64,000 nt of DNA from an uncultured Gemmatimonadales bacterium (GTDB lineage: Bacteria; Gemmatimonadota; Gemmatimonadetes; Gemmatimonadales; GWC2-71-9): NCBI GenBank assembly GCA_963739455.1, contig CAVUAK010000001.1:1600001-1664000 (forward strand). Direction: 5' to 3'. The translations under genes and the position numbers were made by a program. Shown piece by piece: positions 57,738-64,000 of the stretch (its first letter is position 1; each line of letters begins with the position of its first letter). The notes under the pieces were generated by a model, which saw only the letters and a program-made list of their open reading frames with translations, was not told where the DNA came from and made no database searches.

Positions 57738-58877
57738 ATGACACCCCACTTGTGGCCCGGCGGCAACGCGAGTGTGCTGCACGCCATCGCTCCCGGGCCC
57801 GTGGGGGGCGCCGAATCGGTCGTTCTGGGCCTCTCCGCTGGTCTTGCCGAGGCTGGGGTAGGGGTGGTTATCGCGGTCCTGGCAGACCATGGGTCTGGGC
57901 CTTTCATCGAGCAGGCGCGCGCCCAGGGCCGTCAGGTGGAAGTCCTCCCCTCCTCTGGTCGCAACTATTGGCGTGACCGCTCGCTGCTTGTGCAGCTTAT
58001 CCGGGACAGGCGCATCGATGTTGTTCATACCCACGGCTACCGTGCCGACATGATGGGTTTCCTCGCAGCTCGCGCCGAGCGGCGCCCAGTCGTGTCCACA
58101 GCGCATGGATTCACTGGTGGCGGTCGCAGGAATCGACTGAACCAGTGGCTCGCCATGCGTGCCCTCAGCCGGGACGACTGCGTCGTCGCGGTATCCGCCC
58201 CCCTCGCAGCGCAGTTGGAGGTCATGGGCGTCCCCGCCGACCGCATCGCCACGATTCCGAACGCCTGGCGACCACCGACGATTCCGCCACTCGAGCGCGC
58301 TGCCGCTCGCGCTGCACTCGGACTCGAAGGCGACGGCCCGATGCTCGGGTGGGTAGGGCGCCTGAGCCGCGTGAAGGGCGCCGACATTGCCCTCGATGCT
58401 TTCGCACTCATGCGAAACAGGCAGGCGCGCCTCGTTCTCGTTGGTGACGGCCCCGAGCGCGGGGTGCTGGAGGCCCAGGCGAGAGCCCTCGGGTTCGGTC
58501 CGCAGGTGCGGTTCGTCGGGATGATGGCATCGGCTTCGTCCCTCTTGAAGGCGTTTGATGCCGTCGTCCTCAGTTCCCGCAGCGAGGGCACGCCCATGAT
58601 CCTGCTCGAGGCCATTCATGCAGGCGTCCCCATCGTGGCGAGTGCCGTCGGTGGTGTGCCCGACTTGATCACCCCAAGCATTGGTACACTGGTCCCCCCG
58701 AACGATTCCGCGGCACTCGCAGGAGCATTGGACGACGTGCTGTCCCATCCTGGCGCGGCGCATGCGCGGGCACTCGCTGCCCGAACCCGTGTGGCCGAGC
58801 TCTACTCCCCGGAAACATGGGTCAGTCGGCATCTCGCGGTGTACCAGCGTGTCATGGAGCGTCGCATCACCTCATGA
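57738..58877 (+). CDS. GT4 glycosyltransferase
   Basis: GGAE, VVHTH, VGRLSRVKG, SRSEGTPMILLEA. Confidence 0.92.
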   Translation: MTPHLWPGGNASVLHAIAPGPVGGAESVVLGLSAGLAEAGVGVVIAVLADHGSGPFIEQARAQGRQVEVLPSSGRNYWRDRSLLVQLIRDRRIDVVHTHGYRADMMGFLAARAERRPVVSTAHGFTGGGRRNRLNQWLAMRALSRDDCVVAVSAPLAAQLEVMGVPADRIATIPNAWRPPTIPPLERAAARAALGLEGDGPMLGWVGRLSRVKGADIALDAFALMRNRQARLVLVGDGPERGVLEAQARALGFGPQVRFVGMMASASSLLKAFDAVVLSSRSEGTPMILLEAIHAGVPIVASAVGGVPDLITPSIGTLVPPNDSAALAGALDDVLSHPGAAHARALAARTRVAELYSPETWVSRHLAVYQRVMERRITS

Positions 58878-60061
58878 ACGATTCCGTTGGCCTGCTGCTG
58901 CTGGCAACCCCGGGAGCGCTGTTCGGTTACGCCCTGGCCGGCTATCCCGCATTGCTCTGGCTCGCTTCCCGGGTGGCGCGTCGGCCTCGCACCTGGGGTG
59001 ACCCGGCGGAGTGGCCCCGGATTGCCATCCTGGTGCCGGCCTACAATGAGGAAGCATCGATCGCCGGCACGCTCGACAGCCTGCTCGCCATCGACTATCC
59101 CGCCAATCGCCGTGAGATAGTCGTCATGTCCGACGCCTCCACCGACCGCACCGACGAAATCGTCCGGGCGTATGAGTCGCTTGGTGTGCGGCTCGTCCGC
59201 ATGCAGGTGCGTCGCGGAAAGAGCGCCGCTGAGAATCGCGCCCTTGGTCTCGTCGACTGCGATATCGTGGTCAACACCGACGCCACCATCCGCATTCCGC
59301 CCGCGTCCCTGAAACCGCTGCTGCGCGTCTTCCAGGATCCCACTGTCGGCGCGGCATCAGGTCGTGATGTCAGCGTGGGCGACATCAACGCTGAGGCTAA
59401 CGCCAGCGAGGCTGGCTACGTCGGGTATGAAATGGGCGTGCGTGCGCTGGAAACCCGTCTTGGTGGGATCATTGGCGCGAGCGGCTGCTTCTACGCCATC
59501 CGTCGCGAACTGGTGGATACTGCCTTCCCCGAGGAGTTGAGCCGCGATTTTGCCTCGCCTCTCCGCGCGCGGCAGCTGGGCTATCGCACCGTATCCGTCG
59601 ATGCGGCACTGTGCATAGTACCCCGCGCTCGCTCGCTTCAGGCCGAGTACAAGCGGAAGATCCGCACCATGCTCCGCGGGCTCAACACCCTCTGGTTTCT
59701 CCGGTCGCTGCTCGATCCTTTCCGCTACGGTCGCTTCGCCTGGATGCTCGCGAGCCACAAGCTCGCCCGCTGGCTCGGCTTTCTCACGCTGCCACTCGCG
59801 CCGCTGGGACTCCTGCTCCTGGCACCGTCGCATCGCTGGGCTGCCGTGGCTGCGGCAGTCGCCTTGGCGGGCGCTGCCACCGGGGCGCTGGTCCTTGCTC
59901 GACCGGACTCGGATTCGCTCCCCGGCCTCCTCAAGCGCGCCGGCTTTGCCTTCGCATCGGCACTGGCTGGCTTCATTGCCTGGATGAAATTCTTCAGCGG
60001 CACGAACGCCGCCACCTGGGAACCCACCCGCCGCCCCGACGCTGCGAGTAGCGGACCCTGA
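58874..60061 (+). CDS. GT2 glycosyltransferase with TM segments
   Basis: PAYNEE, SDASTD, GKS, TDA, GASGCFYAIR, SHKLARW. Confidence 0.9.
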   Translation: MNDSVGLLLLATPGALFGYALAGYPALLWLASRVARRPRTWGDPAEWPRIAILVPAYNEEASIAGTLDSLLAIDYPANRREIVVMSDASTDRTDEIVRAYESLGVRLVRMQVRRGKSAAENRALGLVDCDIVVNTDATIRIPPASLKPLLRVFQDPTVGAASGRDVSVGDINAEANASEAGYVGYEMGVRALETRLGGIIGASGCFYAIRRELVDTAFPEELSRDFASPLRARQLGYRTVSVDAALCIVPRARSLQAEYKRKIRTMLRGLNTLWFLRSLLDPFRYGRFAWMLASHKLARWLGFLTLPLAPLGLLLLAPSHRWAAVAAAVALAGAATGALVLARPDSDSLPGLLKRAGFAFASALAGFIAWMKFFSGTNAATWEPTRRPDAASSGP

Positions 60062-60089
60062 AAGCGAACGCGGGGACCGATAGGCCCCC

Positions 60090-60137
60090 GCAGTTGTTCT
60101 TCCTCCTTACGCAGTCGCGGTTCCTCCTCACGCAGTT
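60090..60137. repeat. 21-bp tandem repeat x2.3 (copy 2)
   Basis: gcagttgttcttcctccttac gcagtcgcggttcctcctcac gcagtt. Confidence 0.75.
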
Positions 60138-60140
60138 TCC

Positions 60141-60941
60141 CTACCACCCACCGCGTCGGAAAAGAATCACCGGCACCGTCCTCAACATGATCTTCAGATC
60201 CTCCGCCAGCCCCCGGCGGTGGATGTACTCATGGTCGAACTGAACCTTGCGCCGCACGTCATCCAGGTTCGTGTCGTACGACTGGTTCACCTGGGCCCAC
60301 CCGGTAATGCCCGGGCGCGCCAGTTGCCGCTTCTGGTAGTCGGGAATCTCTTCCCGCAGCTTCTTGAAGATGCTCGGCCGTTCTGGCCGCGGCCCCACCA
60401 GGTTCATGTCACCGCGCAGCACGTTGAACAGCTGGGGCAGCTCATCCAGCCGGAACTGCCGCAACACCTTCCCGATCGTCGTCACCCGCGAATCGTCATT
60501 CGAAGCCCAGACCGCCCCGGTGCTCTTCTCGGCATCGGTGCGCATCGTGCGGAACTTGTAGATCGTGAACGGAAGTCCGCCCGCGTCATCGCGCCGCCGC
60601 GTATCGCGCCGCGCCGCCCGCCCTGCGCGTCGGTCGAGACCCACCCGGGTCTGGGTGTAGATCACCGGGCCCGGTGAGGTCACCTTCACCAGCACCGCGA
60701 TCACCAGCATGATCGGTGCAGTCACGATGATGAGCACCAGCGATACCGCCACGTTCAACAGGCGCCGCGGGACCTCGTGATTCAGCGCGTCGGGTTGCGG
60801 CTGGTTCAGCACCTCGGCCAGCCTCGGCGCCCGGCGCTGTTCCGGCCTGAACGCCGGCACCGAACTCGGCGTGTTGCGGGTCGTGTGTCGGCCCGGGAGG
60901 CGCTCATCCGATTGCGGCATGACAGACTCAGGCATTGGCAT
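60141..60941 (-). CDS. Priming (undecaprenyl-phosphate) sugar transferase
   Basis: YKFRTM, LDELPQLFNVLRGDM, VGPRPE, PGITGWAQV. Confidence 0.95.
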   Translation of the reverse strand: MPMPESVMPQSDERLPGRHTTRNTPSSVPAFRPEQRRAPRLAEVLNQPQPDALNHEVPRRLLNVAVSLVLIIVTAPIMLVIAVLVKVTSPGPVIYTQTRVGLDRRAGRAARRDTRRRDDAGGLPFTIYKFRTMRTDAEKSTGAVWASNDDSRVTTIGKVLRQFRLDELPQLFNVLRGDMNLVGPRPERPSIFKKLREEIPDYQKRQLARPGITGWAQVNQSYDTNLDDVRRKVQFDHEYIHRRGLAEDLKIMLRTVPVILFRRGGW

Positions 60942-60946
60942 CAGGG

Positions 60947-61681
60947 TCAGTTCCCGAAGAGACCGGCGAACGCGGCGACGGCGAATGCTATGCCCGTCAC
61001 GGCAGCAATGATTGGCAGGACGTTGGTGCTGCTGCGCCGGCCGACGCTGAACTGGTCTCCCGTGCGGAGGCCGATCCCATCGAGTGACGAGCCGTCGATG
61101 TAGAACTGCCGCACCTGGTACTTCGTGTACAAGGTCTTGTTGTCCCGCCGGATGACCGTGCGCTGCGGATCGCCCGCCGACGCGAGGCCGCCGGCTGCCA
61201 CGATGACTTCCGATGCCGCAGCGTCCGGCGGCAAGTCATAGAACCCTGGCCGCGCCACCTCGCCGACCACCGCCAGCCGGATCAGCGACCGCGCCTGGAC
61301 GTCCGGGTTCGTCATGTACCGGCGCAGCTGTGTGTCAAGGTAGCTGTCCAGCTCTGAGCGCAGCACCCCGTGCAGGCTGATCGGGTTGATGTTCGGCAAT
61401 TCGAGCGTCGTGTCCGGCCGCACCGAGAACGAGTTGCTGAACGCCGAGTCGCCTACCACCACGAGCTGGATCCGGTCACCCGGGATGAAGTCGCCATTGG
61501 TGAGCCGGTTACGTATGACGTCCGCTACCTCGCCGTTCTTCTCATTCGCCGGCAGGGCATCGAGCTGCTTCTGGAGCTGGGCGCGCGTGGCCAGCGGACG
61601 CGGTGTCAGGTCGGGACCCTGGGCCGACGCCGTGCCGGCAAGAGCGCCGAACAGGAGGGCGCTGACGAGCAGCACGCGCAT
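60947..61681 (-). CDS. Polysaccharide export protein (Wza-like, SLBB domain)
   Basis: Signal peptide, PGDRI, VVGEVARPG, AAGG, LRTGD. Confidence 0.85.
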   Translation of the reverse strand: MRVLLVSALLFGALAGTASAQGPDLTPRPLATRAQLQKQLDALPANEKNGEVADVIRNRLTNGDFIPGDRIQLVVVGDSAFSNSFSVRPDTTLELPNINPISLHGVLRSELDSYLDTQLRRYMTNPDVQARSLIRLAVVGEVARPGFYDLPPDAAASEVIVAAGGLASAGDPQRTVIRRDNKTLYTKYQVRQFYIDGSSLDGIGLRTGDQFSVGRRSSTNVLPIIAAVTGIAFAVAAFAGLFGN

Positions 61682-61885
61682 TCAGGCTTCTCCCGGTGTA
61701 CGACCTAGGGGTGTCGTCAAGCGTTCTCCTATCAGGCCCAGTTGTGTGAGACGCGCGCGGAACCCCGCCAGCTCTGCCTCGGTGTCGGGCGGCAGCAACC
61801 AGGTGCCGCAGGCAGGGCAACGAGGAAAACTCTCGTTGCTCCGCTGCACTGGCTTTGCATCCGCATGACAGGTTGGGCAACTCAT
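61682..61885 (-). CDS. Small putative zinc-ribbon protein (67 aa)
   Basis: MSCPTC..RCPACG; stop abuts the Wza-like ATG. Confidence 0.55.
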   Translation of the reverse strand: MSCPTCHADAKPVQRSNESFPRCPACGTWLLPPDTEAELAGFRARLTQLGLIGERLTTPLGRTPGEA

Positions 61886-61943
61886 CGAATCGCCGGAACC
61901 GGGTTGGGGGGTCCAACTGATCACTGCTCCTCAACTTGCAGTA

Positions 61944-61958
61944 TCAAATCTGAAGCCG
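61944..61958 (-). promoter_or_regulatory. Possible sigma-54 promoter with non-canonical -12 (TTGA)
   Basis: Minus strand CGGCTTC-AGAT-TTGA upstream of zinc-ribbon/wza/priming GT operon. Confidence 0.4.
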
Positions 61959-62230
61959 GGAGGGCTCCCAGCGATCTTCGCCCTGCGGCTAGTCCGTAAC
62001 ACTATAATTGACAGGTACTTACGCCAGCGTAACTGTAATGGCATCGACTCGAGCCATTCCTTGACCGACCCCGGGTGTGGGGTCTGCTCAACGTCTCCGG
62101 CCTTGAGTGCGTGCTGCGGACCACAGCCTCGAGGCTTCGGTCCGCCGGTGACGATATTGTTGACATGTGCGCCTATCGGCGCGGAGCCCCACAATGATCC
62201 ATTACGCGGTGCCATGCGCAGGGAACCAGC

Positions 62231-62668
62231 TTGGGTAAGGTGATCCTGATCGCCAACGATCAGGAATGGACGGCGCGCTCCCTGGAGAGCGTGCTGGCCC
62301 CAAGCGGCTATGTCATCCTGCGTGCGTTCACCGGCCAGCAGGCGCTCGATCGCGCCCGCTCGGGTCAGCCGGCGCTCATCCTGCTCGATGCCCAGCTCCC
62401 CGACATTCACGGCTTCGAAGTCTGCCGCACCCTTCGCTCAGACCCCACAGTCGGTCCAGGGGTTCCGGTCATCATTACCACGGCCGGTCCCTCCGGCCGC
62501 CAACAGCGGCTCGAAGCAACCCGGGCCGGTGCCTGGGAGTTCTTCGGCCAGCCGCTCGACAGCGAGCTGCTGCTGGCCAAGGTCGAGACCTTTCTCCGCG
62601 CCGCCGATGCCCTGCGGGCGATTCGCGCGGACTCGCTGCTCCACGAGATTGTCGCCGACCCTTCCTGA
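62231..62668 (+). CDS. Single-domain response regulator receiver
   Basis: ILIAND, PALILLDAQLPDIHGFEVC, PVIIT, AGA; start uncertain. Confidence 0.85.
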   Translation: MGKVILIANDQEWTARSLESVLAPSGYVILRAFTGQQALDRARSGQPALILLDAQLPDIHGFEVCRTLRSDPTVGPGVPVIITTAGPSGRQQRLEATRAGAWEFFGQPLDSELLLAKVETFLRAADALRAIRADSLLHEIVADPS

Positions 62669-62693
62669 CCCAGCCGCGCCTGTATCGCAGGCA

Positions 62694-62726
62694 GAAAAAG
62701 GGCGACCAACCTGGTCGCCCTCTTTC
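62694..62726. terminator. Bidirectional intrinsic terminator between convergent genes
   Basis: AGGGCGACCA-ACC-TGGTCGCCCT perfect 10-bp stem with A-tract left and T-rich right. Confidence 0.82.
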
Positions 62727-62754
62727 GTACACCGACCTAACTGATGTGATCCTA

Positions 62755-64000
62755 TCAGGTTGACGCGCCAGACCCGCTTCCGATTTCGCTCATCGGGCTG
62801 ATTTCATCGGCCGTGTACCCGTATACGTAGGCATAGTGGCGGTACGCGCCCTCGGCACGGATGTCATTCAGCACCGCACCCAGCACTTCCACCGGAAGCC
62901 TGTCGAACAAGCGCAGCTTGGCCAGCGCGAACTCGCGGTCCGTCTCGCCGGCACGGAGCACCAGCATCACGTTCTTCGTGAGCGTCGAGAGCACGAATGG
63001 ATCGACGCCGGCACCCAGCGGCGGGCTGTCGACGATCACGCAGTCGAATCGGCGCTGCAGCGTTGCCATCAGCTTCACCATCGCCTCGCTGCCCAGCATT
63101 TCTGGCCCGCGCTCGAAGCGCGTCCCGCATGGGATCATCGTCAGGTTCGGGTGCCCACCCGAGCGGAGCACCTGCTCGATGCTGGCAGTGCCGCTCAGGC
63201 AGTCGAGCAGTCCCGGCTTCCGGTCCACCCCGAAGCTGCGGTGCAACTCGCCCCGCCGGATGTCGCCGTCCACCAGCACCACCTTGTAGCCTGACTCTGC
63301 AAAGCTCAGCGCCAGGTTCGCCGACACCAGCGACTTCCCGTCGCCCGGTCCAGGGCTCGAGATGGTGATCGTCACCGGGCCCTTCGCCGACCCGAGCGTG
63401 TGTGTGACGTTCATCCGGATGGTGCGGAATGCCTCGACCACGTTTGCAGCTTCCTCCGGGCTCTGCGCCAGCTTGCCCCGGCGGCGGATCTGCGGCACCG
63501 CGCCCAGGATCGACAGGCCCAGTTCCTTCTCCACCTGGTCCGGATAGCGGAAACGGCGGTCGAACCGGTCGAGCAGGATGGCGAGACCGAGCGCGAACGC
63601 CAGGCTGCCCAGTGCTCCCAGCGCGATCAGCCGGAGGCGGTCGTTCGCATCGGGACGGGACGGCGGCACCGCAGGATCGAGTACCCGCACATCCGGCAGG
63701 GCACTCGCCTCGGCCAGCTTCGCCTCTTCGTATCGCTGGGAAAGGTTCCGGTACAGCCCTTCCGCGCCCAGCATTTCGCGGGTCAGGCGCTGTTCATTGA
63801 TCGAGCGCTGTGGAATCGACTGCAGGTCGCGCGACGACGTGGCAATCCGCGTGTCGATGGACCGCTCGGTCTGCTCCATCTGCCGCGTCAACTGGCTTAC
63901 CAGCCCGGGGATCAGGTTGCTGCGAAGCCCGTTGATCTTCTCCTCCAGCTCCTTCACCGGCTTGTACTCGTCCGTGAAACGCTGGCGCATCACCCGCAGG
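62755..64000 (-). CDS. wzc: Polysaccharide co-polymerase/tyrosine autokinase (C-terminal part; runs off window)
   Basis: Coiled coil, TM, EAFRTIR, Walker A GPGDGKS, LVDGDIRR, IVDSPP, Tyr-rich tail YRHYAYVYGY. Confidence 0.93.
   Translation of the reverse strand, partial: LRVMRQRFTDEYKPVKELEEKINGLRSNLIPGLVSQLTRQMEQTERSIDTRIATSSRDLQSIPQRSINEQRLTREMLGAEGLYRNLSQRYEEAKLAEASALPDVRVLDPAVPPSRPDANDRLRLIALGALGSLAFALGLAILLDRFDRRFRYPDQVEKELGLSILGAVPQIRRRGKLAQSPEEAANVVEAFRTIRMNVTHTLGSAKGPVTITISSPGPGDGKSLVSANLALSFAESGYKVVLVDGDIRRGELHRSFGVDRKPGLLDCLSGTASIEQVLRSGGHPNLTMIPCGTRFERGPEMLGSEAMVKLMATLQRRFDCVIVDSPPLGAGVDPFVLSTLTKNVMLVLRAGETDREFALAKLRLFDRLPVEVLGAVLNDIRAEGAYRHYAYVYGYTADEISPMSEIGSGSGAST

Noticed and set aside
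57708..58832. Long antisense and alternate-frame ORFs (this one and many others in the track)
   Set aside because: Shadows of real genes in high-GC DNA; Arg/Pro/Ala-rich with no family motifs

Overview
High-GC bacterial DNA. The PEP-CTERM tail style and the Wza/receiver sequences suggest Gemmatimonadota, but this is inference. The whole 64 kb is one cell-surface glycan super-locus tied to an exosortase/PEP-CTERM system. It holds Wzc, a Wza-like protein, a priming sugar transferase, an O-antigen ligase/Wzy-like protein, two Wzx flippases, ten further glycosyltransferases, four polysaccharide-deacetylase domains, AsnB, FemAB-like and ATP-grasp proteins, exosortase + EpsI and a very small PEP-CTERM protein. 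Three unexpected modules sit inside it: (1) a Dlt-like MBOAT + ACP + SGNH/DltD-like cassette whose loading enzyme is an acetoacetate-CoA-ligase homologue; (2) ketone-body genes (HMG-CoA lyase, 3-oxoacid CoA-transferase A/B) interleaved with a glycosyltransferase; (3) a formyltransferase/glycine-type NRPS with a luciferase-like monooxygenase inserted in the A domain, followed by a one-module PKS and a PPTase. The best candidate for an undescribed system is carrier-mediated acetoacetyl/3-hydroxybutyryl (and possibly NRPS-PKS-derived) acylation of the exopolysaccharide or of PEP-CTERM glycans. Several sigma-54-type promoters and a recurring 25-bp AT-rich element are visible. Many genes are broken by small indels, most likely sequencing/assembly errors, so coordinates of those genes are reconstructed. 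I saw no rRNA, tRNA, CRISPR array or mobile element.
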